A stretch of DNA of 64,000 nucleotides, from contig CAYUNW010000001.1 in assembly GCA_964446235.1 (NCBI GenBank), forward strand, positions 37,837 to 101,836. Reading direction: 5' to 3'. The first letter of the stretch is position 1. Each line of letters starts with the position of its first letter. The DNA comes from an uncultured Gammaproteobacteria bacterium. GTDB taxonomy: Bacteria > Patescibacteriota > Microgenomatia > 2-02-FULL-39-11. A program made the translations under genes and the position numbers. Below, in pieces: positions 1 through 8,423 of the stretch. The notes beneath the pieces were generated by a model, which did no database searches, was not told the origin of the DNA, and saw only the letters and a program-made list of their open reading frames with translations.

Positions 1-124
1 AAAGACATATTTTATCTTTTTTTACCGATAAATCAAGCTACCAGACCAATAAATGCAATACTTTTATATATTTCTAACCCCTAGATTATTTACAGCAAAA
101 ATAATATAAATATATATGTAAATT

Positions 125-1078
125 ATGAAAAAATTGAAAAACCATCCAGAATACCAATACCTTAATCTTTTAGAAGATATTCTCGAAAACGGTTCATGGA
201 AAGTCAGCCATTCTACCGGGGTAAAGCTTAAAAGCGTCTTTGGACGACAAGTCCGCTTTGATCTTTCACAAGGATATCCTCTGCTTACTACCAAAAAAGT
301 CTTTGTCAGGGGAATATTCCATGAGTTAATCTGGTTTTTGTCCGGAAGTTCCAATATAAAATACCTTGTCGATAACAATGTCCATATCTGGGACGACTGG
401 GCATATAAAACATACCAGGAGGAGATGAAAAAAGGAAAAGTACCAAAAATGGAAATGTCGGAATTTATAGAAAAAATCAAAAATGATGAAAAGTATGCCA
501 AAAAATGGGGAGAACTGGGACCTGTTTACGGAGTCCAATGGCGCAGATGGCCAACCGGAGACGGTAGAGAGATCGACCAGCTTGGTTGGGCGATAGAAAA
601 GATTAAAAAATTCCCGCAAAAAAAACATTATGTAATATCTGCCTGGAATGCTGGTTGTATTTATGAAATGGCACCGGAAAGAAAGGCTTCAATGATTATC
701 GCACCATGTCACACTATGTACCATATAAACATCACTGGAGATAAACTATCCCTACTTTTATACCAAAGAAGTGCTGATTCTTTCTTGGGTGTTCCCTTTA
801 ACATCGCAAGTTATGCCCTGTTAACTCTGATGATTGCTCAAGTTACTGGTTATAAACCCGGGGAATTCGTCCATACATTTGGCGATATTCATATATATGA
901 AAACCATTTCGATCAGGTCAAAGCACAGTTGAAACGTAAACCAAATCCTCTTCCTAAAATCAAATTAAATCCGAAAATTAAAAAAATTGATGATTTCAAA
1001 TTCGAAGATATCACGCTTGAAAACTACAATCCCCATCCTCCGATAAAAGGTGAAATCACTGTTGTCGGAGGGTTTTAA
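125..1078 (+). CDS. thyA: thymidylate synthase (ThyA, folate-dependent)
   Basis: 317 aa. Shows the ThyA signatures HELIWFLSG, the active-site Cys context IAPCH, and LLYQRSADSFLGVPFNIASYALL. Confidence 0.9.
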   Translation: MKKLKNHPEYQYLNLLEDILENGSWKVSHSTGVKLKSVFGRQVRFDLSQGYPLLTTKKVFVRGIFHELIWFLSGSSNIKYLVDNNVHIWDDWAYKTYQEEMKKGKVPKMEMSEFIEKIKNDEKYAKKWGELGPVYGVQWRRWPTGDGREIDQLGWAIEKIKKFPQKKHYVISAWNAGCIYEMAPERKASMIIAPCHTMYHINITGDKLSLLLYQRSADSFLGVPFNIASYALLTLMIAQVTGYKPGEFVHTFGDIHIYENHFDQVKAQLKRKPNPLPKIKLNPKIKKIDDFKFEDITLENYNPHPPIKGEITVVGGF

Positions 1079-1084
1079 TATAAA

Positions 1085-1576
1085 ATGGATATAACTCCAA
1101 ATATAAGTATTATCGCGGCTATAGATAGTAAAGGTGGAATAGGCAAAAACAACAAATTACTTTGGTATATTCCCCAGGACTTAGCTAGATTTAAAAAATT
1201 AACCCAAAATCATCCGGTAATCATGGGTAGGAAAACCTATGAATCATTACCTGTAAAACCTCTACCCAAAAGAACAAATATAATTATTACCTCAAATCAT
1301 CAATTTAATGCTCCAGACTGTACCGTCTGTACGAGTATCGAAGAAGCCTTGGAAAAAGCAAAAGAAATCGATAACCAGGAAATTTTCATTATTGGAGGTG
1401 CACAAATCTATGCCCAAAGTATCAAATTTGCTACCAAATTATATCTGACTTTAGTGGATGGTGATTTCCAAGCGGATACATTTTTTCCTGAATACAGCCA
1501 ATTCACCAAAATAATATCAGAACAAAAAAACCGATCCGAAGGCTTATCGTATACATTTATCGAACTTACTAGATAG
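1085..1576 (+). CDS. folA: dihydrofolate reductase
   Basis: 163 aa. N-terminal ISIIAAIDSKGGIGKNNKLLW and VIMGRKTYESLP are typical DHFR. Sits immediately downstream of thyA. Confidence 0.85.
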   Translation: MDITPNISIIAAIDSKGGIGKNNKLLWYIPQDLARFKKLTQNHPVIMGRKTYESLPVKPLPKRTNIIITSNHQFNAPDCTVCTSIEEALEKAKEIDNQEIFIIGGAQIYAQSIKFATKLYLTLVDGDFQADTFFPEYSQFTKIISEQKNRSEGLSYTFIELTR

Positions 1577-2869
1577 TCAATATCCGTATAAATCCTCTAT
1601 CTCTTTCACCCCTCCAAAAGCTACCCTATCTATAATCACATCTTTCATCCCCATCATCCTGGCAGGTGTCATCGTGTATTCACCATACCTATCGTTTATA
1701 TCATCTTGCGCCTGAGCTATTTTTTTTCTCAAAGTATAAACCGATTCGAATATTTCCATCTGTTCCGGTTTGAAATTTTCCAGACGAAAACAACTGACTG
1801 ACAGATGCGTAATAATTTTGACACTGGGTTGTTGATTGAAAATCCAAACTGCTTTCAGATATAAATCCTGGGTAGCATAAAGAGGAATCTGAAAAGTCCT
1901 ACCATGATGCCAATGAGTACCGTCTTTATAAAGACAAGATACATGAATTCCGTAAGCATGGAAATTGTTCCTTCTCAGTCTTCTACCCATTTTTTCACAT
2001 AATTTCAAAAGCATCCTGATGAGTTTATCTCTATCAGACGTTGGTCTTTCTAAGGCATACGACTGACCGTAACTTTTGCGCGTAAACTCAACATCATCCA
2101 TCTCCCACCCTCTCAAACGCAGATACCAATGGTAACCGACTATACTTCTAAATACCTGACACTTCAATAAATCGCTTGAAGCGTGCAAAAAATCAAGCGG
2201 AGTGAAAATACCGTAAGTATTAAGCCTGGCTTCAAACCTGGTATTGATACCGCAAAGATCAACTAAACGGCATTTACTGTAAATATGGTTTAAGTTGCAA
2301 TGGGTAATCATCAGTAAACCGTCAGGTTTATAAAAAGAAGCAGCAAGTTTTGCCAAAAATCTGTTAACAGCAATACCGATACTAGCACTAATCCATTCCC
2401 CGATTTCCTTTTTCATCCGTAATTTAATCTCCCGTCCTACTTCAATAAGCTTTTTCTTACTTAAGGAAAGTTTAGAAAAATCTATCACCGCTTCATCTAT
2501 GGATTTAGGATAAACATCTGGAGAATATTCCCTGAAAAGTTTAGCGAATTTAGTATGGATATCACGGTATTTGGGCGGATCTGGAGACCTGATAATAATA
2601 TCCCTACAGATAAGCTTGGCTTGCCTGACCTGCATACCTACTTTAATTCCCAGTCTTTTAGCTTCAATTGAAGGGGAAATCACACAACCATTGGAAGTAG
2701 TATAAGCAGACACAGCTATAGGTTTACCACGAAGCAAAGGATTAGCCTGCTGTTCGGCTGTAGCAAAACAGGAATTAAGATCTATATGCATCACTGCCGG
2801 ATCATTACGGTTAAGAAGCAAATCCATCGGAAATTTCCTCCAAAGTCCAATATAGGCTTTCCGTATCAA
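1577..2869 (-). CDS. Y-family DNA polymerase (UmuC/DinB-like, error-prone). True start probably the internal Met at about 2827 (MDLLLNRNDPAVMHIDLNSCFATAEQ).
   Basis: N-terminal HIDLNSCFATAE..GKPIAVS resembles the UmuC/DinB catalytic start (IxDxNxFYASCE). Operonic with lexA. Confidence 0.75.
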   Translation of the reverse strand: MIRKAYIGLWRKFPMDLLLNRNDPAVMHIDLNSCFATAEQQANPLLRGKPIAVSAYTTSNGCVISPSIEAKRLGIKVGMQVRQAKLICRDIIIRSPDPPKYRDIHTKFAKLFREYSPDVYPKSIDEAVIDFSKLSLSKKKLIEVGREIKLRMKKEIGEWISASIGIAVNRFLAKLAASFYKPDGLLMITHCNLNHIYSKCRLVDLCGINTRFEARLNTYGIFTPLDFLHASSDLLKCQVFRSIVGYHWYLRLRGWEMDDVEFTRKSYGQSYALERPTSDRDKLIRMLLKLCEKMGRRLRRNNFHAYGIHVSCLYKDGTHWHHGRTFQIPLYATQDLYLKAVWIFNQQPSVKIITHLSVSCFRLENFKPEQMEIFESVYTLRKKIAQAQDDINDRYGEYTMTPARMMGMKDVIIDRVAFGGVKEIEDLYGY

Positions 2870-3071
2870 ATCTCAAACGAAAAGCGGTTGACTTGTTGGC
2901 AACCGAAAAAATATGGATAAGCTTGCGTCCTTCCCTGATACGGTGATGATAACCGACTTTCTCAATATCATAAACCTTTCCCTGCCATTTAAGCTTTTTG
3001 GGCATGAATAGCTTTTTGGCATAATCAAAGACAGCCACAATACTGACCTTTTCATTAATAATTTCCTGCAT
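2811..3071 (-). CDS. hypothetical small protein (86 aa) between lexA and the Y-family polymerase; possible YolD-like/UmuD-analogue accessory factor
   Basis: Tightly packed in the lexA-pol operon: 10-nt gap after lexA and a short overlap with the polymerase start. No motif recognised. The YolD-like assignment rests only on gene position. Confidence 0.4.
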   Translation of the reverse strand: MQEIINEKVSIVAVFDYAKKLFMPKKLKWQGKVYDIEKVGYHHRIREGRKLIHIFSVANKSTAFRLRFDTESLYWTLEEISDGFAS

Positions 3072-3080
3072 AAATATAAT

Positions 3081-3659
3081 TTAATGATATTTACGGATGA
3101 CAGAAACGACAGTACCAAAAATCACCAGACTATTTTGGGGGTAAATAACAGGATATTTCTTGTTAGCCGGTTTCAAATAAGCCTTATCTTTCTTTTTCTT
3201 AAAAGTTTTTAAGGTAAAATTATCATCTACACAGGCTACCACTATATCATTTTCCAAAGGTGTTTTATCTTTTTCTACCACTACCAAATCTCCTTCGTTG
3301 ATACCTGCTTCCTGCATGGAATCGCCTGATACCCTCAAAACATAAGATTTTTCCGGATTTGCTACCAGATAGTCATCAAACGACATTGTTTCTAGAAGCT
3401 GCTCTTGCGCCGCAATCGGACTACCGGCAGGAATCAAACCTAAAACCGGCAACGCAGGAAAAAACTTTTTAGGAGAAAGCTTTCCGTTGTAATCTTTTGC
3501 TAAAAAGCCTTCTTTAACCAGCTTCTCGACTAAACTGAAACTGGCTTTTTTGGAAGAAAAACCAAAAATAACATTCATCTCGCTATATGATGGTAACCTT
3601 TTGTTTTTACGGAAAAATTTTCGTAATCGCTTCAAAGCTTCTAAACTTTCCATAAACAT
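3081..3659 (-). CDS. lexA: LexA repressor (S24 peptidase with N-terminal winged helix)
   Basis: 192 aa. Ala-Gly cleavage region IPAGSPIAAQE. Catalytic Ser in VSGDSM and Lys in TLKTFKKK. N-terminal wHTH. Confidence 0.8.
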   Translation of the reverse strand: MFMESLEALKRLRKFFRKNKRLPSYSEMNVIFGFSSKKASFSLVEKLVKEGFLAKDYNGKLSPKKFFPALPVLGLIPAGSPIAAQEQLLETMSFDDYLVANPEKSYVLRVSGDSMQEAGINEGDLVVVEKDKTPLENDIVVACVDDNFTLKTFKKKKDKAYLKPANKKYPVIYPQNSLVIFGTVVSVIRKYH

Positions 3660-3665
3660 ATGATA

Positions 3666-3681
3666 GTAAACGTTCGTTTAC
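3666..3681. promoter_or_regulatory. perfect palindrome GTAAACG-TT-CGTTTAC in the lexA/SRAP divergent intergenic region; candidate LexA (SOS) operator
   Basis: 7-bp perfect inverted arms read directly from the sequence. Lies between the divergent lexA (-) and SRAP (+) starts. A CTTGtCAAG palindrome/-35-like element (3681-3689) and TATAAT (3701-3706) are adjacent. Confidence 0.45.
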
Positions 3682-3712
3682 TTGTCAAGCGTTTTAATGT
3701 TATAATTGCATC

Positions 3713-4399
3713 ATGTGCGGAAGATATGCGTTTAGTGCAGGTGATGAAATTTATCAAAGATTTGAAGTTAAAAACAAACTCGAGATATTACCTGTCAAAT
3801 ATAACGCTGCTCCAGGGCAAAATCTACCGGTAATCACCAAAAACAGTCCTAATCATGTATCTTTAATGAAATGGGGGTTGACAGTCAATTGGGATAATCA
3901 TGAAATTAGAAATAGAATTATAAACGCAAGAGCAGAATCATTGAACACCAAACAAATATTTAAAAATTTATTAAAATCCAACCGTTGTCTCATTCCGGCT
4001 AACGGCTTTTATGAATGGAAAAACCAGGCTGGGATAAAAACACCTTATTTTTTCAAAATGAAAAACAATTCGATATTTGCCTTTGCAGGACTATATGAAC
4101 AAAATCTAGATGATAAAGAAGACGACCATAAATATTTCTTAATTATCACAACACAACCAAACAAATTAGTTGAAAAAATCCACAATCGCATGCCGGCAAT
4201 ACTCGAAAAAAGTGAAGAAAATATCTGGCTTAACCAATCTATAGGAACAGATGAACTTTTGCGTCTTATCAAACCCTTCAATACCGATTTAATGACGACA
4301 TATCCAGTATCAAAAATGGTAAATAAATTGGAAAATGACAATGAAAATTTGATAAAAAAATCAAAAAATACGGAGTTTGATCAACAAACTTTTTTCTAA
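3713..4399 (+). CDS. SOS-response-associated peptidase (SRAP / YedK / HMCES family, DUF159), abasic-site DNA-protein crosslink protein
   Basis: Starts MCGRYA, placing the invariant Cys2 nucleophile directly after Met. 228 aa, typical SRAP length. Confidence 0.85.
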   Translation: MCGRYAFSAGDEIYQRFEVKNKLEILPVKYNAAPGQNLPVITKNSPNHVSLMKWGLTVNWDNHEIRNRIINARAESLNTKQIFKNLLKSNRCLIPANGFYEWKNQAGIKTPYFFKMKNNSIFAFAGLYEQNLDDKEDDHKYFLIITTQPNKLVEKIHNRMPAILEKSEENIWLNQSIGTDELLRLIKPFNTDLMTTYPVSKMVNKLENDNENLIKKSKNTEFDQQTFF

Positions 4400-4402
4400 T
4401 TA

Positions 4403-4939
4403 CTATAAAGCATTCAAATTTTTATATAAAGTTTTTTTATCCCAAAGCATAATACCTTTTTTCTTTGCCTGTTCAATAGCTTCATCTGAAAATTTACCGC
4501 TTGAGATCACCATACCTTCACTACATTTATAAAATTCTTTTGCTTTAATTGCAGAGTCGATCTCACTAACCTCTACGATAGATATCTTACTTAATAACCT
4601 AACAGCAGTCTTTTTACCTTGTTTTTCCACTATCAGATCAGCACCATAAAAACTGTTTAATAATCCAACAGGCTGGACAAGATAACCTAATTTTTGAAAT
4701 ACAGTTATCAATAATTTTAGATAGTCTTCTCTTTTTAGATTATCAAGCTGATCAGGCATTTGTTTAAATCTTATAAATTCTCTAATCAACTTTGTAGTCA
4801 CAAATAAAATCATTAAAGAGAATAAAATAAAAATCCAATATTTTTGTAAAAAAAGGATAAATTCTTTGGGAAGAAAAGTTCCTAATATCCTAGTAAATTG
4901 ATCTATAAAATTTGCTGATATAGAAGAGATTTTATCCAT
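4403..4939 (-). CDS. membrane-anchored Mrr-like restriction-endonuclease-fold protein (Mrr_cat, PD-(D/E)xK)
   Basis: Hydrophobic helix near the N-terminus (WIFILFSLMILFVTT), then YGADLIVEK...AVRLLSK...MVISSGKFSDEAIEQAKKKGIMLWD, which matches Mrr catalytic domain topology. Confidence 0.6.
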   Translation of the reverse strand: MDKISSISANFIDQFTRILGTFLPKEFILFLQKYWIFILFSLMILFVTTKLIREFIRFKQMPDQLDNLKREDYLKLLITVFQKLGYLVQPVGLLNSFYGADLIVEKQGKKTAVRLLSKISIVEVSEIDSAIKAKEFYKCSEGMVISSGKFSDEAIEQAKKKGIMLWDKKTLYKNLNAL

Positions 4940-5020
4940 ATATTTTCTTTTTATCTACCTATATGGATAAGTTTATCATATTTGTACTTAGGAAAAATAT
5001 TTGATTCGATTTAAATATTA

Positions 5021-5971
5021 TTACTTTCTAACCGGTTTTGTCTTTCTTTTAATTTTACAGGTGTTTTTACCAATAATCGCATAAAAAGCACACCATCCCC
5101 ATAATGATTCAAACAAAATGAATCCGGAAATTGCAAGTAAAAATATGTTCCAAAATTGAAATCCAATGATAAAAAAGATTACTCCAATTGCAAATCTTAT
5201 CAATCTGTCACTTCTACCAATATTATTTCGTAAATAAATTTTCAAATACCTATTACTATAATTGAAAATTAATCCGTAAATTGACTGCCAAATAGATACC
5301 ATGAAAAGTATTATTGAAATTATAATAACAATACCGTTTGAAGTTTTAAATAAGTCCAATGGATTTTCATATAAATAATCCAATTTTATTTTGGGTAATA
5401 GATACAAAACTTTGAGATTTTCTATTTGAAACATATGTTTTGATCCGATAACTAATAGATACTTCCCTTGATTACCCTGACTATAGAGCTCAATTTCATA
5501 ACGGCCTTGGGGTAATTTCATATTTATAACGGAATTGGGCAAAAAATAACTATTTGTCAATTTATCCAAAAATTTACGGTTGTTTTCAATGCTCTGTCTT
5601 TCTGAATATATTAAATAATCTGCATCAGTTAATTTCTTTTTAATTTCCATATAAAACCTGCCATAACGGTTGATTTTCTCAGGTGTAAAAAGCTCAAGTG
5701 ACAAATCAAAAGATTTATCCGTTGTAATAATGTATTTCTGAGATTCTCCTTTTAATTCCGAGTAATAAAATCTTTTAAGCTGAGGATTGTCTAATCGGAT
5801 AAGATTATTCTTTTGCGGATAATATATAGGATATGAAAAAAGATTAACCAATATCAGATAAATCAGGAGGTAAAAAACAAAAAAAGTTAACGGTATCCTA
5901 AATTTATTAAATTTATGCATTATTTTCATTTTAATGCCATAATTTTTTCTAGTAAAGGATGAAATAATCAT
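5021..5971 (-). CDS. hypothetical membrane protein with C-terminal DUF2892-like domain (YgaP-like GWCxxYxxxG motif)
   Basis: N-terminal TM, about 170-aa extracytoplasmic region, then C-terminal 2-TM segment with WGWCAFYAIIGKNTC. True start probably an internal Met (MKIMHKF). Confidence 0.5.
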   Translation of the reverse strand: MIISSFTRKNYGIKMKIMHKFNKFRIPLTFFVFYLLIYLILVNLFSYPIYYPQKNNLIRLDNPQLKRFYYSELKGESQKYIITTDKSFDLSLELFTPEKINRYGRFYMEIKKKLTDADYLIYSERQSIENNRKFLDKLTNSYFLPNSVINMKLPQGRYEIELYSQGNQGKYLLVIGSKHMFQIENLKVLYLLPKIKLDYLYENPLDLFKTSNGIVIIISIILFMVSIWQSIYGLIFNYSNRYLKIYLRNNIGRSDRLIRFAIGVIFFIIGFQFWNIFLLAISGFILFESLWGWCAFYAIIGKNTCKIKRKTKPVRK

Positions 5972-6028
5972 CTTTTAAATTGATTTTGATTATCATATAA
6001 TTGATTTCTATTAGAAAATTTTCTATCT

Positions 6029-6481
6029 ATGGATAATGATGCTACACAAAGCAATATAAATATTGAACTTCAGAATGATAATAGCATGGATAATGCTAGT
6101 GTGATTATAAACCTGCAATCACTTATAAAAAACCATATATCAAATATCGACCGGCTGAAAATTGAGGTGAAAAAAAAGAAAGAAATGCTGGATGATGTTT
6201 TTTTAAACAACCAAACCTACAAACTACATGATCAAAAAGTTAAGGAAGCCAATAAATTAAAACTTCAAACCAAAGCGGAAATACTAAAAAATTCAAGTGT
6301 TGCTGATTTGAATTCAAAAATTAAAGATATGAAAACTGACCTTAAAGAACTGGAAAGTGCATTATCCGAATACCTTGCAGAATACGCCCGACTTTCTGGA
6401 GTGAATGAAATTGAAGGTGAAGATGGTGAAGTAAGAGAAATTATCTATATTGCAAAATTAATAAAAAAACAAAAGAAATAA
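6029..6481 (+). CDS. hypothetical coiled-coil protein
   Basis: 150 aa, Lys/Glu-rich heptad-like sequence. No motif recognised. Confidence 0.4.
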   Translation: MDNDATQSNINIELQNDNSMDNASVIINLQSLIKNHISNIDRLKIEVKKKKEMLDDVFLNNQTYKLHDQKVKEANKLKLQTKAEILKNSSVADLNSKIKDMKTDLKELESALSEYLAEYARLSGVNEIEGEDGEVREIIYIAKLIKKQKK

Positions 6482-6490
6482 CAAGTCTTG

Positions 6491-8419
6491 TCAGGAATTC
6501 TTGATGCCGTCCATAATATCATGGAACTTTGCATACGCTACACAAACAACTTGATCTGCGGCTCCATAATATAAAAATATTGTATCATCCATAATAACTA
6601 CCCCATCTGCAAATACCGTGCCCGGACGAAGTCCGGCGTGTTCGTATTCAACAAACGGTTCTAACACAGCATATGGCGTTCTTTTCAATACATGAGAAGG
6701 ATTATCAAGATCCAAAAGTACAGCCCCCATTCTGTATTTTTTTGATGTAATCGACATCGCATGATAAAAAAGCAACCAACCTTCAGTAGTCTTAATTGGA
6801 GGTGGACCGATACCAATCTTTTCACTGTCCCATTTATTGACTCTTGGTCCAAACAATATATCTCCTCTTAAAAATTGACCGTCAGAAAAAGTCAAATCAT
6901 CTACATAATCAATCCAGATAGACGCATATAACCTATGAAGAAAAACATATTTGCCGTTGACTTTTTCCGGAAATACACAAGCGTCCTTGTCATTCATTCC
7001 CGGAGGAGAAATTAATTTAGGCTTATCCCATTTCCATACTCTCTTCATAAAATCGGATACCAAAATCGATGAAAATCCTACCCTAGTCGGGTTTTTTGCA
7101 TCATACGCCGTATAACAAACATAATACCTATCACCTATTCTGGTAAACCGGGGATCTTCGCAGCCTGAAAATCCTCCACTGCTACTTATTTCAAACGGTT
7201 CCCTTGGAACATAAATAGGCTCAGACAACCTTTCGTCTATATGAAATCCGTCTTTACTTGTAGCATAACCCATGGTTGAAACATAATCTTCTCCTTGTGC
7301 ACGATAAATTATATGCACTTTACCGTTATCATAAAATGCAGCCGGATTTAATGTAAATTTTGACTCCCATGAATGTTCGGGAATAGGTTCTATAATCGGA
7401 TTTTCCGGATGTCTGATAAAAAGTCTTTTATCGAATGCTTTTTTAAGCCTGTATTTTCTTTCAGCCACCATCTCAGAAAGCAACTCATCCAATTCTACAG
7501 TAGCAAGACAAACAGTTGTATCAGCTGCTCCATAATAAATCCCAAGACTGTTATTGTGAATTAAAACACCGGTCGGAAATATGACATTGGATACCTGTCC
7601 GTTCAATTCATAGTCATATTCCGGTTTTAAAAGAGGTTTGGCTGTTCTACCGACAATTTTTTGCGGGTTGTTTTTATCTAGCAATACCGCCTCTATACCG
7701 AATGTTTTATGACTGGCTTTGTAATTTCTGATATAACAATATACCAATAACCAACCTTCTTCGGTTTCTACGGGTTGTGCGCCAACCTCGATATGGTCAT
7801 TTTTAGATCTTAATAAGGGTATTATTTGGTTATTGAGTTTTTTATACCAATTATCCCAATAATTTTTGTCCCATAAATCGCTGAGATTATCAAATGAAGC
7901 CAAAGCAATTTTTGCCGGAGGTAAGTCGGTATGAACCGTTAAAACAGCCAGATATTTACCGTTGATTTTTCTAGGAAACATCGCCATCGCTTTTGAGTTA
8001 AAAGTGGTTACCTGGTGTTTTTCGATAATATCATTCATATCTTTGGTTACAGCTACTGCAATTTTAATTCCGTTAGCATTGGGTGGAAATTCCGACAAAG
8101 CGGTATAAAATATGTAGTATTTACCTTCTATGAAATTAATCCGGGGATCCTCACAGCCGTATTTTTCCCAATCTTTTTCGGGAAATATCAAAAGATGTTT
8201 ATCATAAAAATCTATCCGATTATCACTTTTCGCTGCTCCAATTACTGATAAATTAAGATTGTAGGTACCGATTTGTTTTTTATCGGACATTGCCCGATAA
8301 ACCAAAAAATACTTTCCATCGTTTTCGATAATCGAACCGTTAAAAGCAGCCAATTTCTCCCAACTTCTTTCTCCTGGTTTAATTATCGGATTTCCTGGAT
8401 ATCTTCGGGCAGTAAGCAT
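6491..8419 (-). CDS. GH130-family (DUF377) glycoside phosphorylase/hydrolase-like protein, tandem two-domain
   Basis: Two repeats of the RRYPGNPII / RHPENPIIEP ... GCEDPR ... beta-propeller pattern typical of the GH130 beta-mannoside phosphorylase family. Confidence 0.7.
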   Translation of the reverse strand: MLTARRYPGNPIIKPGERSWEKLAAFNGSIIENDGKYFLVYRAMSDKKQIGTYNLNLSVIGAAKSDNRIDFYDKHLLIFPEKDWEKYGCEDPRINFIEGKYYIFYTALSEFPPNANGIKIAVAVTKDMNDIIEKHQVTTFNSKAMAMFPRKINGKYLAVLTVHTDLPPAKIALASFDNLSDLWDKNYWDNWYKKLNNQIIPLLRSKNDHIEVGAQPVETEEGWLLVYCYIRNYKASHKTFGIEAVLLDKNNPQKIVGRTAKPLLKPEYDYELNGQVSNVIFPTGVLIHNNSLGIYYGAADTTVCLATVELDELLSEMVAERKYRLKKAFDKRLFIRHPENPIIEPIPEHSWESKFTLNPAAFYDNGKVHIIYRAQGEDYVSTMGYATSKDGFHIDERLSEPIYVPREPFEISSSGGFSGCEDPRFTRIGDRYYVCYTAYDAKNPTRVGFSSILVSDFMKRVWKWDKPKLISPPGMNDKDACVFPEKVNGKYVFLHRLYASIWIDYVDDLTFSDGQFLRGDILFGPRVNKWDSEKIGIGPPPIKTTEGWLLFYHAMSITSKKYRMGAVLLDLDNPSHVLKRTPYAVLEPFVEYEHAGLRPGTVFADGVVIMDDTIFLYYGAADQVVCVAYAKFHDIMDGIKNS

Positions 8420-8423
8420 AAAA

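Noticed and set aside
64-628. Minus-strand ORFs (64..501, 326..628) overlapping thyA
   Set aside because: Low-complexity, Phe/Ile-rich antisense translations of an AT-rich gene whose sense strand carries unmistakable ThyA motifs. Antisense ORFs over lon, GH130, korA and sufB were dismissed the same way, e.g. 7373..7564, 8015..8518, 11505..11849, 15110..15346, 19602..19856.
2873-3118. 81-aa ORF overlapping the lexA 3' end and the small ORF in another frame
   Set aside because: The alternative frame 2811..3071 fits the operon spacing (10 nt after the lexA stop) without overlapping lexA. This one overlaps the lexA coding sequence.
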